A stretch of DNA of 64,000 nucleotides from an uncultured Clostridia bacterium (GCA_934754475.1 CAKVHV010000002.1:256951-320950), one strand, 5' to 3'; numbered from the stretch's first letter, positions 44,451 to 55,189 are shown. The notes: generated from the sequence alone by a model not told the origin. Program-made: numbers and translations.

Positions 44451-45053
44451 TTATTTTTCAAAGTCGTTATTACTTGGGTCTCCAGTCAATTCTTCAATTC
44501 TTCCACAGACATCTCTATATTTTGATTCAAGTTTTTTCCATTTGTTTTCTGCTTTTGTCAACTCTCCTAGAGATTTTTCGATGTCGGATGAAATTTTGTC
44601 TTTTTCAGCATATAATTTTGCTATTTCACGTTCTGTCAATTTTTGAGAATAACTCTCGCCTTCTTGATGCTTAGTATTAAATCTTTGCCATTTAGAACTC
44701 AAGTTAACTACGCTATCCGACTTATTTTTTCTGACCATTTCGTCAATCAAAACTGCTTGGGCGCTTGTCAAAAGTTTGAAGTTGTAACTATCAAACATAA
44801 CACAAGCATCACTCAAAACTTTTTTCTCACCATTTTTCTTAAGACTCAAATAAATTGAAGTCTCAATGTCGTTTTGCATATTCGAGTTAATAGTATCAAT
44901 GTCTTCTTCGCTTAAATATTCGTTAGCGCCAACCACTCTAGGCTCAGCCAAATGACTCGCTCTAACCGGAGTTAGTACCGCATTTCCACTCCAAGTATAT
45001 CCAGCACTACTCAAAAAAGAATTTAAATTTTCCACATTAAATAATTGTTCCAT
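44451..45053 (-). CDS. Hypothetical protein (C-terminal coiled-coil)
   Basis: 200-aa ORF with no motif recognised. Confidence 0.45.
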   Translation of the reverse strand: MEQLFNVENLNSFLSSAGYTWSGNAVLTPVRASHLAEPRVVGANEYLSEEDIDTINSNMQNDIETSIYLSLKKNGEKKVLSDACVMFDSYNFKLLTSAQAVLIDEMVRKNKSDSVVNLSSKWQRFNTKHQEGESYSQKLTEREIAKLYAEKDKISSDIEKSLGELTKAENKWKKLESKYRDVCGRIEELTGDPSNNDFEK

Positions 45054-45122
45054 AACTTTCTCCCCATAATTTGATTATACTATATTTTAGCACAAACCAA
45101 GTATTTTGTCAATAGAGATATT

Positions 45123-46037
45123 TTAGGACAAAAAGCCTTGAATAATAAGGTCTTCCGCTTCCTTTTCAGTAAGCCCCAAAGTCATAAGTTTAATAATTTG
45201 GTCGCCCGCAATTTTGCCAATTGCCGCTTCATGCACAAGTGTTGCATCTACACATTCAGCCACAATTTCGGGAGTAGATATAATCCTAGATTTATCAAGC
45301 AAAATTCCGTCACACTCAACATGTCCAAAACACTCATTTAGCCCCACAAGTTTGCTCTTAAATTCCTGGAAACTTTCATCTCTTGTTACACTTCTTGAAA
45401 TAACTTCACACGAACTATTTTTGCCTTCAAGTTTGACATCAAAATTTGTCTTGGCAGATTGTTTTTCGTTTGTCAAGATTTTTTCCTTGATTACAAGTTT
45501 GGCATTATCTTTCAAAACCCCCTTTGTAGTTCTAATAGAACTTGAAACACCGCCAAGTTGAGTAGTTTCCATGAGCATATATGAATTTTCATCCATAAAA
45601 ACTTCGGTTACTGGATTGAGAATTTTGTCGCCCTTTTGACCAACACCTAAATGTTTTTCGACATATCTAACTTTGGAATTTTTGGAAAGATGAAATGTAT
45701 GTATCCCGTTATGTTCGCTAGTCTTTGTGTCTGGATTGTGTATTCCACAACCAGCAACAATCAACACATCCGAATTTTCACCCACATAAAAATCGTTATA
45801 AACCAAATCTTTGATTCCACTCTCAGTAATTATAACTGGAATATGCACCGACTCATTAACTGTATTTGGCTTAATTATTATGTCTATTCCACTTTTATCT
45901 TTCTTTGGAACAATTTCAATATTTGAAGAACTATGCCTATCTACCGGCTTTCCGTTTTCTCTTAAGTTGTATGCTCCGCTTGGGATTTGATGCAAGTCAG
46001 CAACAGCCAAAAGCAAATCTTTTTCTATCTTATTCAT
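45123..46037 (-). CDS. SufB/SufD family Fe-S cluster assembly protein
   Basis: The C-terminal LVHEAAIGKIAGDQIIKLMTLGLTEKEAEDLIIQGF is typical of SufBD. The start overlaps the sufC stop. Confidence 0.75.
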   Translation of the reverse strand: MNKIEKDLLLAVADLHQIPSGAYNLRENGKPVDRHSSSNIEIVPKKDKSGIDIIIKPNTVNESVHIPVIITESGIKDLVYNDFYVGENSDVLIVAGCGIHNPDTKTSEHNGIHTFHLSKNSKVRYVEKHLGVGQKGDKILNPVTEVFMDENSYMLMETTQLGGVSSSIRTTKGVLKDNAKLVIKEKILTNEKQSAKTNFDVKLEGKNSSCEVISRSVTRDESFQEFKSKLVGLNECFGHVECDGILLDKSRIISTPEIVAECVDATLVHEAAIGKIAGDQIIKLMTLGLTEKEAEDLIIQGFLS

Positions 46038-46758
46038 AATCATCCCCCTGCAATCTACTACAAACTTTGCTTGACTTGATGCTTGGCATAATTTCATCCC
46101 TTTTGCCCATCATAGTTATTTTTGAACTATCCATAACAATAATTCTGTCTGCAATCCCCAATATTTTTTCTTGATGCGAAATAATTATGTTTGTACAATT
46201 ATTTTTTGCTTTGTTTTCGTTAAAAGCCGAAATTAAGCCATCAAAACTCCACAAATCTATTCCCGCTTCAGGCTCGTCAAACATATTAAGTCTAGCACCC
46301 CTTGCAAGAGTTGTTGCAATCTCTATTCTTTTGAGTTCCCCGCCAGATAGACTATCGTCTAGCGGTCTATCTATATAGTTTCTCGCACACAATCCGACAC
46401 GACTTAGATAGTTGCAAACTTCCATAAGTTTTGTATTTGTTTTTTGAGCAGTTATCAACAAGTCCTTGACTTTGAGACCCTTGAATCTAACTGGTGTTTG
46501 AAACGAATAAGCAATCCCAAGCTTAGCCCTATCCGTTATTGTCATTTCAGTTATATTCACGCCATCAAAATAAATTTTGCCAGATGTAACCGGAATAATT
46601 CCCATAATGATTTTCATAAGAGTGCTTTTGCCACTGCCATTATGACCGGTTATAACTATTGTTTCGTTATCTCCTATTTCAAGATTTATATTTTTGAGTA
46701 TGTATTTTTGTTTTCCGTCTTCTTCGACAGCATAACAAACATTGTCTAATTTTAACAT
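46030..46758 (-). CDS. sufC: Fe-S cluster assembly ATPase SufC-like ABC protein
   Basis: Walker A GHNGSGKST, signature LSGGELKR, Walker B NMFDEPEAGID. Likely start at M15 after GGGAG. Confidence 0.8.
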   Translation of the reverse strand: MLKLDNVCYAVEEDGKQKYILKNINLEIGDNETIVITGHNGSGKSTLMKIIMGIIPVTSGKIYFDGVNITEMTITDRAKLGIAYSFQTPVRFKGLKVKDLLITAQKTNTKLMEVCNYLSRVGLCARNYIDRPLDDSLSGGELKRIEIATTLARGARLNMFDEPEAGIDLWSFDGLISAFNENKAKNNCTNIIISHQEKILGIADRIIVMDSSKITMMGKRDEIMPSIKSSKVCSRLQGDDYE

Positions 46759-46902
46759 TTTTACTCCCAACTTAACTATTTTTACAAATAAATTATACAT
46801 TATTTTGTGTCAAATTACTAGCAAATTTACAAAAAGATAATTTGAAAAATATTAAACTTGTGCTAAAATACTAATAAATTAATGTATTTCAAGGATAATT
46901 TT

Positions 46903-47751
46903 ATGAAACTTACTTGCAAAACACACGAAAAACTCATTAAGTTTTTGATACACAATGTTCAAGGACTAAGTTTTGGCTCTGCACAAAAGTGCATGCGAAA
47001 TGGCGATGTCAAGGTTAATGGCAAACGCACAAAACAAAATATTGACGTGTATCCGTCCGACGAAATAGATGTTTTTGTCAAAAATACATCAATGCCGAGT
47101 GTTCAAATTATCTATGAAGACGAAAATATATTAATTGTTAACAAACCTTGCGGGATTGAATGTGCAACAAGAGACAAAAGTTCAAGCAATACTTATTCGC
47201 TTGAAGAAATATTTGCAAGCAAAAATGCCACTATCGTTCATAGATTAGATAGACTAACCGAAGGACTAATAATTCTTTCAAAAAATTTAGACACGACCAA
47301 ATTACTCGAAAGAGCCTTGGAAAATAGAGAAATACACAAAACTTATATGGCTTTGGTCGAAGGAACTTTTGAAAATGTTGGCACTAAGACTGCATATCTA
47401 AAAAAGGATGCTCTCAAATCCAAAGTAGAAATCTCCGCCACCCCATGTGACGAATTTAAGGAAATTATAACCGAATTTAAAGTTGTAAATACTTATCCTA
47501 AATACACTTTGCTTGAAATCAAACTCCACACTGGAAGAACTCACCAAATTAGAGCGCATTTAAGCTATCTCAAATCTCCAATAGTTAACGATTCAAAGTA
47601 TGGAAAGAAATCTCCAGAACTCAAATATCCCGGTTACTTTTTAACATCGGCAAAATTAGATTTTGATATAACGGGAAGTCTTAGTTATCTAAATAACTTA
47701 CATTTTGAAATTGAGCCTACTTGGGAAAAACTAATTGAAAATAAGGATTAA
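46903..47751 (+). CDS. RluA-family pseudouridine synthase
   Basis: HRLDRLTEGLIILSK and HTGRTHQIRAH motifs. ORF from 46882; the ATG at 46903 has the better RBS. Confidence 0.8.
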   Translation: MKLTCKTHEKLIKFLIHNVQGLSFGSAQKCMRNGDVKVNGKRTKQNIDVYPSDEIDVFVKNTSMPSVQIIYEDENILIVNKPCGIECATRDKSSSNTYSLEEIFASKNATIVHRLDRLTEGLIILSKNLDTTKLLERALENREIHKTYMALVEGTFENVGTKTAYLKKDALKSKVEISATPCDEFKEIITEFKVVNTYPKYTLLEIKLHTGRTHQIRAHLSYLKSPIVNDSKYGKKSPELKYPGYFLTSAKLDFDITGSLSYLNNLHFEIEPTWEKLIENKD

Positions 47752-47755
47752 AATT

Positions 47756-48796
47756 ATGCAAAAAATTAAAGATAAAAAACGATTTTTTCTAAACATAATT
47801 ACAGTTATTATAATGCTAGGACTACTTGTTTGCTTTATACTTCTTGGCGAAGATATTGGCGAAGACAATTCAAACAATAGAATCTTCCAAATCGACACAA
47901 TAATGTACGACTTTGTACTAGACATTAGGTGTACCCCACTAACCATTCTTTTTAAGATAATTACAAATTTATGCAATCCTTTCATTATGGGAATAATCGC
48001 ATTATTTTTGTTGTTTACCCGAAAAATCAACAAGCAATATATATTTGCAATGTTTTTAAACATGGGTTTGACAGCACTACTTAATCTATCGCTAAAATAT
48101 ATTATTAGACGAGATAGACCCGACATAACCCAAAGGCTAGTCTACGAGCCTGGTTATAGTTTCCCAAGTGGCCATGCAATGTTTGCTATCGCATTTTATG
48201 GATTCTTTATTTACTTACTTCTCAAATCAACCGACACAAAAAGGTCAACAAAAATTCTATCTACCATAACTATTGCATTTTTTATGGGACTAATATGCTT
48301 TAGCAGAGTTTATTTGGGTGTACACTATCTATCCGATGTTGTCGGCGGAATATGTGTGACAATTGTTTATATGATAGTATTTACAAACATTTTGGACCGT
48401 AATTCGTTCCTATATAGCGAACCCGCCACCGAGTACAAAAAGCATAGTTTCTTTGGCGGATTTAAATATGCCTTCAGGGGAATTGTCGAGAGTATCCAAG
48501 ACGAAAACAACCTACTTGTTCAGTTTTCAGCCGGCATGTTAGTTGTAACATTTGCTGTATTCTTAAGATGTACATTTGCCGAATGGGCAATACTAGTCAT
48601 AACATGCTTTTTGGTCGTTTGTCTGGAAATGGTCAACACATCAATTGAAAATTTATGCGACAAAATAACTCTTGAAAAAGACGACAAAATCCGAAAGGTC
48701 AAAGATATTGCCGCAGGCGCTGTCCTTATGATGTCAATATGCTCTGTAATAGTCGCTGGGGTTATATTTATCCCGAAAATCCCTATTCTATTTTAA
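47756..48796 (+). CDS. PAP2 phosphatase fused to a DgkA-type diacylglycerol/undecaprenol kinase
   Basis: N-terminal half: KYIIRRDRP, PSGH, SRVYLGVHYLSDVVGG (PAP2). C-terminal half: FKYAFRGI...EMVNTSIENLCD...KDIAAGAVL (DgkA). Confidence 0.75.
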   Translation: MQKIKDKKRFFLNIITVIIMLGLLVCFILLGEDIGEDNSNNRIFQIDTIMYDFVLDIRCTPLTILFKIITNLCNPFIMGIIALFLLFTRKINKQYIFAMFLNMGLTALLNLSLKYIIRRDRPDITQRLVYEPGYSFPSGHAMFAIAFYGFFIYLLLKSTDTKRSTKILSTITIAFFMGLICFSRVYLGVHYLSDVVGGICVTIVYMIVFTNILDRNSFLYSEPATEYKKHSFFGGFKYAFRGIVESIQDENNLLVQFSAGMLVVTFAVFLRCTFAEWAILVITCFLVVCLEMVNTSIENLCDKITLEKDDKIRKVKDIAAGAVLMMSICSVIVAGVIFIPKIPILF

Positions 48797-48797
48797 A

Positions 48798-48876
48798 CAA
48801 AAAATGAAGTGAATTTGAAGTTTCCCATTCTTGCACCGCAAAATTAGGTTTGCTTCAATTTTCACTTCATTTTTTG
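48798..48876. terminator. Long bidirectional hairpin terminator
   Basis: atgaagtgaa/ttcacttcat plus ttgaag/cttcaa stems around a ~30-nt loop, flanked by an A-run and a T-run. Confidence 0.55.
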
Positions 48877-49779
48877 TTATCCCCTAGCCTTTTTTGAACG
48901 CAAGTACATAATTAGAACATAAACTCCAATTAGCACCGCAATTGAGCCTATAAGCACTCCATACATAGCACCAGTTGAGACTTTGTTTCCAAAAAAGTAT
49001 AAGTTACAATCAATACTATCTTTGATGCCTTCGATTACTTCGGCAGGAAAGCCTTGATTTGTCATTTCCCTATAAACACCACTTAGTGAGTGATTTCTAA
49101 TAAGTGATGTTCCATAAGTTCCCGGCAAGAACATAAGCACTCTTTGAAGTCCAATTCCAAATTGAGATATTGGCATATAAGCACCACATATAAATCCATA
49201 ACCCGCCGAAACGACAGTTCCGACCGCCGATGCTTGACCATTAGTGCTTAAAAATATATTAATAATCGAAGATAATGCAACACCAAACATTGTAAGAAGC
49301 ACTACATCCAAAAGTATCAAAAGCACATCCACAAAACTCAAATACCAGCCAACAATAGCCAAGTATCCAAAGCAAGCAAGAGTTGCAACAAGACAGATAA
49401 TTAGAGTTGTTAGAAGCGAGCCTACATAATAAGACAAAGCGAGTTTATATTTCTTAACTGGAGTTACATAAAAATCCTTTTTAGCACCATTTATTTTGTC
49501 TTGAACCATAAGTAGATTTGAACAGAATGCAACCGTTACACAAACAACTGCAAGTAGTGATGAAAATAATTGAGCGCCAACCGTTCCATTAATTAAACTC
49601 TCCGGAACAGTCATTCCTTCTGGCAAACTTCCAGCAAAACTATCTTTGTAGATTTTTGCAAGGAATGTCGCATACAAAACAAGCAAAATTATTGGAGTAA
49701 TAAGCGATGTAAAGAACATTCCTTTGTCTTTGAAAAATACTTTTATATTACGTTTGGTCAAAATATTAAATGTATTCAT
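48877..49779 (-). CDS. ABC-2 type transporter permease
   Basis: 300 aa with 6 hydrophobic segments, overlapping the ATPase gene stop. Confidence 0.7.
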   Translation of the reverse strand: MNTFNILTKRNIKVFFKDKGMFFTSLITPIILLVLYATFLAKIYKDSFAGSLPEGMTVPESLINGTVGAQLFSSLLAVVCVTVAFCSNLLMVQDKINGAKKDFYVTPVKKYKLALSYYVGSLLTTLIICLVATLACFGYLAIVGWYLSFVDVLLILLDVVLLTMFGVALSSIINIFLSTNGQASAVGTVVSAGYGFICGAYMPISQFGIGLQRVLMFLPGTYGTSLIRNHSLSGVYREMTNQGFPAEVIEGIKDSIDCNLYFFGNKVSTGAMYGVLIGSIAVLIGVYVLIMYLRSKKARG

Positions 49780-50687
49780 AGAGTTTCTCCTTCAAGTTTT
49801 TTGCCTGTTACACTCAAGAAAACATCATCCATCTTTCCCTTAGTGATTTCAAAATCGTCAAAAATATCTGGATGTGAAATTATTAAATCTTTTGCCTGGG
49901 ATGTATTATCAACAGATATTCTAATTGCATCCGGCAAAACTTCGTAATCAAGTTTCAATTTTTTAATCTTCTTTTCATCCCCATGATACACTGTTATAAA
50001 ATCTTTTGTATATTTGTTCTTAAGTTCAAGCGGTGTGCCTTCTGCCGAAATCTTTCCACTATCAAGTATAACTACGTAGTCCGCATCGGTGGTTTCTTCC
50101 ATATAATGAGTGGTCAAAAAGACAGTCATTTTTTCTTTTTTACGCAAAGTTTCTATTACATTCCAAAGTGTCTTTCGAGTTTGTGGGTCAAGACCGGTTG
50201 TTGGCTCGTCAAGTATCAAAATTTTTGGACTATGAAGTAGCGCTCTAGCAACATCAATTCTTCGTCTTTGTCCGCCAGATAATTTGTTAACTGTTTTGTT
50301 AAGCAAATTTTCAAATCCCAAAACCTTGGATAGATAATTTATTCTTTGCTTAGCGACTTCTCCATACATTCCATACAAAGATGCTCTTGAATAAAGATTA
50401 TCCTTGACAGTGAGAACTCCGTCAAGCACTGAGTTTTGAAAAACTACACCGATTAGTGATGTAATTTTTTCCAAATCCTTGTCTAAATCATAGCCTGCAA
50501 TTTTAACTTCGCCTTCGTCTTTTTTCAAAGTACCCGTCATAATCGAAATAGTTGTACTCTTGCCCGCTCCGTTTACACCAAGAAAGGCAAAAAATTCACC
50601 CTTGCCTACTTTGAAAGATAGATTATCTACCGCTTTTAGTTTGTCATAAGACTTGCTTAAATTATTAATTTCAATAATATTTTCCAA
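49776..50687 (-). CDS. ABC transporter ATP-binding protein (DrrA/CcmA-like)
   Basis: Walker A GVNGAGKST, signature LSGGQRRR, Walker B LILDEPTTGLD. Confidence 0.85.
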   Translation of the reverse strand: MENIIEINNLSKSYDKLKAVDNLSFKVGKGEFFAFLGVNGAGKSTTISIMTGTLKKDEGEVKIAGYDLDKDLEKITSLIGVVFQNSVLDGVLTVKDNLYSRASLYGMYGEVAKQRINYLSKVLGFENLLNKTVNKLSGGQRRRIDVARALLHSPKILILDEPTTGLDPQTRKTLWNVIETLRKKEKMTVFLTTHYMEETTDADYVVILDSGKISAEGTPLELKNKYTKDFITVYHGDEKKIKKLKLDYEVLPDAIRISVDNTSQAKDLIISHPDIFDDFEITKGKMDDVFLSVTGKKLEGETL

Positions 50688-50699
50688 TTTTGTATCCCT

Positions 50700-51560
50700 T
50701 TATTTTTGAACTGTGAAATATTCTATATCATCAATTATAACAAATCTATAATCAGTCGCACCTAGTGGCTTAAGACTATATGCTAGACCTGCTTCATTTT
50801 CGTTTCCAATCAACACACCCAAGACCTTTTTGCCAATATTTTCATTAAAAGTCTCTTGTGAGCCAAATTTCAAGAATGTATCAAGTGTATGGAACAAATC
50901 TTGAGTCTTTGCATTATCCAAATTGTTGATTGTAAGACTAACATGAGTTACAACATATTCAAATGGTGTTGTAGTTTTGGAAACATCCACCGTCGAAGAA
51001 ATATACAAAGTATCTGGAACATATTTCTTGAATAAACTTAACGGAAAGCCCTTCATTTCGTCTTTGAAAGGTGTGATATTTATTTTAAATATAGTATTAA
51101 ATCTTGCACCGCCATTTTGAACATTGTCAAACTTGACTTGTAATAATTTGATTTCAATATCCTTGTCGTTAAAATTAATCTTGCCACCCAATTGGTTTTG
51201 CAAAATATTATCCGCCAAAGCCCCTACTTGAAGATAGTTAAGTTTAATTATATCTTGCATTTCACCAGAAGACAAATTCAAATTAACTCTATAATTCTCT
51301 TCGTCATCGTCAACTGTTACAAGTCCCACAACTGACAAATCGGTTTGTTCTTTGACTCCCGACATATTTAACTTTGAAAAAGCATCCGGAGCAATTGTGT
51401 TTTCATCAACTTTTTCATTTAAAGTTTTGAGTTCGGATATTGTGCTAAATAAATCTACTTTGTATTTAACTCTTACAAATACATATCCGCCAGCAACAAT
51501 CAAAACTATTATCAGTAGTAGCGATATAATCGTCCAAATTAATTTTTTAATTAATCTCAT
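50700..51560 (-). CDS. Membrane-anchored hypothetical protein
   Basis: N-terminal TM helix. ATG at 51560 follows GGGAG. Confidence 0.5.
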   Translation of the reverse strand: MRLIKKLIWTIISLLLIIVLIVAGGYVFVRVKYKVDLFSTISELKTLNEKVDENTIAPDAFSKLNMSGVKEQTDLSVVGLVTVDDDEENYRVNLNLSSGEMQDIIKLNYLQVGALADNILQNQLGGKINFNDKDIEIKLLQVKFDNVQNGGARFNTIFKINITPFKDEMKGFPLSLFKKYVPDTLYISSTVDVSKTTTPFEYVVTHVSLTINNLDNAKTQDLFHTLDTFLKFGSQETFNENIGKKVLGVLIGNENEAGLAYSLKPLGATDYRFVIIDDIEYFTVQK

Positions 51561-51795
51561 ATTTTCTCCCATAAATTCAAATGATTAACAAATAGCATTC
51601 AAATTTTAATTTTTTATAAAGTAATTGTACTACAATTAATTAATATTTCAAAACATTCAAAATAATGTATTTAAATTTTTGCAAAATTTAGATGTAATCA
51701 AGATTACATGATACTATCTAATTTTTAACCATATTGACAAATTGACTTTTTTGATATAAAATATATAAAGTAAAAAGTATTGGGAAAAAAATTAT

Positions 51796-52998
51796 ATGGA
51801 AAGCAATGACGAATACTCACTAAATTCAATATCTGATATGCTAAAAGCAATGTTAAAGAAAGACAAACTTGAAATTTCTTCCAAAGAAATTAGTCAGTTG
51901 CCTTCTGTTTCCGCTGATGAAATTATTGATATTTTGCTTGACGATAGACGAAAATCTTTTGACAAAGCATCACTTACTGAATTACTAGTTAGTTATATAG
52001 TTTCCGAACTAAAAAAAGATTATGATTTCAGAAGTTATTGTATGACTCCAAAAGTTATTTTTGAAAACAACACAAAACCTAATCATGCTGGAAGTTATGC
52101 TTCGGGCAATAACACAATTGTTGTTCCAAACAACTTTGCTGTATGGCCTGACCACATTATTCATAATATCACAACCCTTGCTCACGAACTTAGACACTTT
52201 GCTCAACACAATGGAACAAAGGAAGGAAATGATTTTCCAGGTGCAATATCAACTAATCACAACAATTTGCAATTAGGTTTAATTCTTAACAAAGTAGGCG
52301 ACATCAAAAACGTCAAAAACACTAGTTATTCCAACCATATTGATTACAAAAGTTATTTGGAATCACATAGTAGCGAATACAAAAGTTTCTTTTATCATGA
52401 CAATCGCGATTACTTTTTGAACCCAGCCGAAATGGATGCTAGACAATTTTCAATAGAAATAGGACTTGATTTGATTGAACACATGAATAATAGACCAAAT
52501 GCTAATCAAAACTTGATTGATATGTATTCTAGTCAAATGAATAGTCTTATAAATAGCGAAGAAGAAGCATTATATTATACAGAAGCTTTGGATAACGAAT
52601 ATATTGATATATTCAAAAAACACGTAAGAGCCTTTAGAGAAAATATTTTCAAAGATGAGCCCAACTTTTTTGAAAACTTTGAGCAAAATCCAAGACATTA
52701 TTTAATATATGTATTCCCAGCACTTTGCGAATCAATATGTGTAGATTATGACGACAAAATCGCTCATCAGATAATCAAGTCAGCAATTAATGCTAAGAAA
52801 AACAATTATGATATAAATATGAAAAACGATATAACCGCAGTCGAGCATATGATTATAGAAAGTGATATTGTTTTAAGCGAACAAGAGAAAAATGATTTAA
52901 CATTATTCTTTGATGACCCCGAGTTGGTCTCAACTTTAGTAGGAGTTCAAGCGGAAATCAAACGACTAATAAAACAATCTCAAGAATACGAAAGATAA
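51796..52998 (+). CDS. Hypothetical protein with an HExxH motif
   Basis: 400 aa. LAHELRHFAQH suggests a metallopeptidase-like fold. Family not recognised. Confidence 0.4.
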   Translation: MESNDEYSLNSISDMLKAMLKKDKLEISSKEISQLPSVSADEIIDILLDDRRKSFDKASLTELLVSYIVSELKKDYDFRSYCMTPKVIFENNTKPNHAGSYASGNNTIVVPNNFAVWPDHIIHNITTLAHELRHFAQHNGTKEGNDFPGAISTNHNNLQLGLILNKVGDIKNVKNTSYSNHIDYKSYLESHSSEYKSFFYHDNRDYFLNPAEMDARQFSIEIGLDLIEHMNNRPNANQNLIDMYSSQMNSLINSEEEALYYTEALDNEYIDIFKKHVRAFRENIFKDEPNFFENFEQNPRHYLIYVFPALCESICVDYDDKIAHQIIKSAINAKKNNYDINMKNDITAVEHMIIESDIVLSEQEKNDLTLFFDDPELVSTLVGVQAEIKRLIKQSQEYER

Positions 52999-53039
52999 AA
53001 AAATAAGTGACTATGTAATTAACATAATCACTTATTTTT

Positions 53040-53717
53040 TTACAAACTCTCAAGTACTTTGTCTACAATATTTAGACACATTTTGGAAGCTTCACCCACT
53101 TGCTTCCAATACTCATCCGCACCACCAAAAAGTGTATCCGCAATCGCCTTAAAAAATATACAAGGAATCTTGTTTCTGTCACAAGTTATAATTATTCCAG
53201 CCGATTCCATTTCAACAATATCTGCGCCAAATTCATCATGCAATTTTTGTTTTGCTATCATATCGCATACAAATTTGTCGCCCGAAGCACAAGTAGTTAG
53301 TTTAAGATTTGGATTTACACTAAGTGCAATATCAATAAGCTTGGAATTGCACTCAATATATTCGTTGTCATACTCCAAATATCTTCCAACTTTGACATTG
53401 TCGACTTTGGAAATATCAAAATCATAGTGAATTATCTTTTTAATTAAACACACACTTTCATGGCTCAGTTCCTGGGTCAAAGCACCAACTATTCCAAAAT
53501 TTACTATTACTTCGACATTATATTTTGTGATTAAATATTGAGTGCATGCACTAGCATAAATTTCTCCTGCACCCGATTTGGAAATATAAATTTTGGCATT
53601 ATCTTTTTCAACTAACCAAACATCATAGACATTGTCATCAAGTTTAGTTATATCTTTGTATTTATCCAAAACAGCATTAATCTCAACAGCGACGATTAGT
53701 CCTATTATTTTCTTCAT
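53040..53717 (-). CDS. mtnN: 5'-methylthioadenosine/S-adenosylhomocysteine nucleosidase family protein
   Basis: MKKIIGLIVAVEINA..., VEMESAGI and FFKAIAD are typical of the PNP_UDP_1/MtnN family. Confidence 0.7.
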   Translation of the reverse strand: MKKIIGLIVAVEINAVLDKYKDITKLDDNVYDVWLVEKDNAKIYISKSGAGEIYASACTQYLITKYNVEVIVNFGIVGALTQELSHESVCLIKKIIHYDFDISKVDNVKVGRYLEYDNEYIECNSKLIDIALSVNPNLKLTTCASGDKFVCDMIAKQKLHDEFGADIVEMESAGIIITCDRNKIPCIFFKAIADTLFGGADEYWKQVGEASKMCLNIVDKVLESL

Positions 53718-53731
53718 TCTTTATCTCAACT

Positions 53732-54517
53732 TTATATTGTATTTTTGTAAACGTCGTTTTTCTTAAGTCCCCTAACCTTAGCAAGAACTTTGCTTGCATC
53801 ACTCTTAGTAAGCCCCATATCCAAAAGCACTTGTAAGTCAGCATTTATATCATTATGACTTTCTTTTTTTTCTGGCTTGTTTACAACAACGACAAATTCG
53901 CCTTTGATAGTTCCTTTAAACCCTTCTTTAAGAGTAGAAAAAGTCTTTTCTTCAAATTTTTTGCTTATCTCTCTTATGACACAAATTTCTCTATCTCCTA
54001 GCGCACTATACAAATCCAACAAGTCTTTTTCTATAGAATGTGGCGACATATAAAAAATTAGTGTTGTGTCATAATCCTTGATATTTTCAAGCATAGTCTT
54101 TCTTTTTGTATTGTTATCCGACAAAAACCCAACAAATGTAAACGGCACATCATATCCGCTCATTACATAAGCATTGACAAAAGCACTTGCTCCCGAAATC
54201 ACAGTGTATTCCAAGTCGTTTTTAATTAGTTCTTTGACTAAAATTTGACCCGGGTCACTAATTCCAGGCATGCCAGCATCCGAAATAAGTGCTATATTTT
54301 TGCCCGCTTTCAAATCTTCTATTATACTTAAACTAGCCTTGCTTTCATTAAATTTATGATAAGATTTGAGTGGCTTTTTTATTTTGTAAAACTCAAGCAA
54401 AACTTGGCTTGTTCGAGTATCTTCACACAAAATATAATCCACACTTTCAAGTGTTTCAATCGCTCTTTGAGTAAACTCTTTTAAGTTCCCAATTGGAGTT
54501 GCAACCAAATATAACAT
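53732..54517 (-). CDS. rsmI: 16S rRNA (cytidine1402-2'-O)-methyltransferase
   Basis: MLYLVATPIGNLKEFT..., EDTR and SDAGMPGISDPG motifs. Confidence 0.85.
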   Translation of the reverse strand: MLYLVATPIGNLKEFTQRAIETLESVDYILCEDTRTSQVLLEFYKIKKPLKSYHKFNESKASLSIIEDLKAGKNIALISDAGMPGISDPGQILVKELIKNDLEYTVISGASAFVNAYVMSGYDVPFTFVGFLSDNNTKRKTMLENIKDYDTTLIFYMSPHSIEKDLLDLYSALGDREICVIREISKKFEEKTFSTLKEGFKGTIKGEFVVVVNKPEKKESHNDINADLQVLLDMGLTKSDASKVLAKVRGLKKNDVYKNTI

Positions 54518-54520
54518 ACA

Positions 54521-55189
54521 TTAATCAAGCGTAATTTTAAGTCCGCTTTTGCCCCCTTTCTTAGCTTTGATAATTACAATATTTGCACCACTAAGTGACT
54601 TAATAACTTTGAGTTCCTTTGGCTCTAAGTTATACTTTCGACAAAGGCAAATAATATCCGTCAAACGTTCTTCCTTGTTGACTACATAGAAATATCCACC
54701 AAATTTGAGAAGTTTACTAGTCTCCAAAATTATTTCTTCAAGAGTAACAAGAATTTCATGCTTGCAAATAGCGACACTGTCGTTTTCACTTAGTTTGCTT
54801 GCTGTTCCTTGTTTTTTGTATGGTGGATTACAAGTAACAACATCAAAAACACCTTCGCCAATGATTTTGGAAACACCTTGAAGTTTGGAATTTACAACAC
54901 TTATGTTTTGAATTTTGTTGTACTCAATACTTCGCTTTGACATATCCGCCAAGTTCTCTTGAATTTCAACCAAGGTTACATCTTTGACTTTGTTTTTGGC
55001 ATTAACCAAAATTCCAATAACCCCACTTCCACTACACAAATCAACCACCCTGCCATAATTGCTAACATGCACAAAGTTTGCAAGATTTATAGCATCACTA
55101 GAAAAACAATATCCGTCTTTGTCTTGGATAATAAATAGGTTATTAAATTGCAAATCGTCAAGTCTTTCGTTAGTTTTTAGAATTTCCAT
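54521..55189 (-). CDS. SAM-dependent methyltransferase, tRNA (adenine37-N6)-MTase TrmN6/YabB-like
   Basis: DLCSGSGVIG and CNPPYKK (NPPY) motifs. Likely start MEILKTNERLDDL, inside the longer ORF that reaches 55279. Confidence 0.7.
   Translation of the reverse strand: MEILKTNERLDDLQFNNLFIIQDKDGYCFSSDAINLANFVHVSNYGRVVDLCSGSGVIGILVNAKNKVKDVTLVEIQENLADMSKRSIEYNKIQNISVVNSKLQGVSKIIGEGVFDVVTCNPPYKKQGTASKLSENDSVAICKHEILVTLEEIILETSKLLKFGGYFYVVNKEERLTDIICLCRKYNLEPKELKVIKSLSGANIVIIKAKKGGKSGLKITLD

Noticed and set aside
45214-45561. 115-aa plus-strand ORF, and similar nested ORFs at 41323-41700, 47731-48126, 53059-53427, 803-1045 and 7077-7328
   Set aside because: All lie inside, and antisense to, longer ORFs with clear family motifs (SufBD, TatD, PAP2-DgkA, MtnN, the LysM protein, LSR1). 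They are treated as shadow ORFs.
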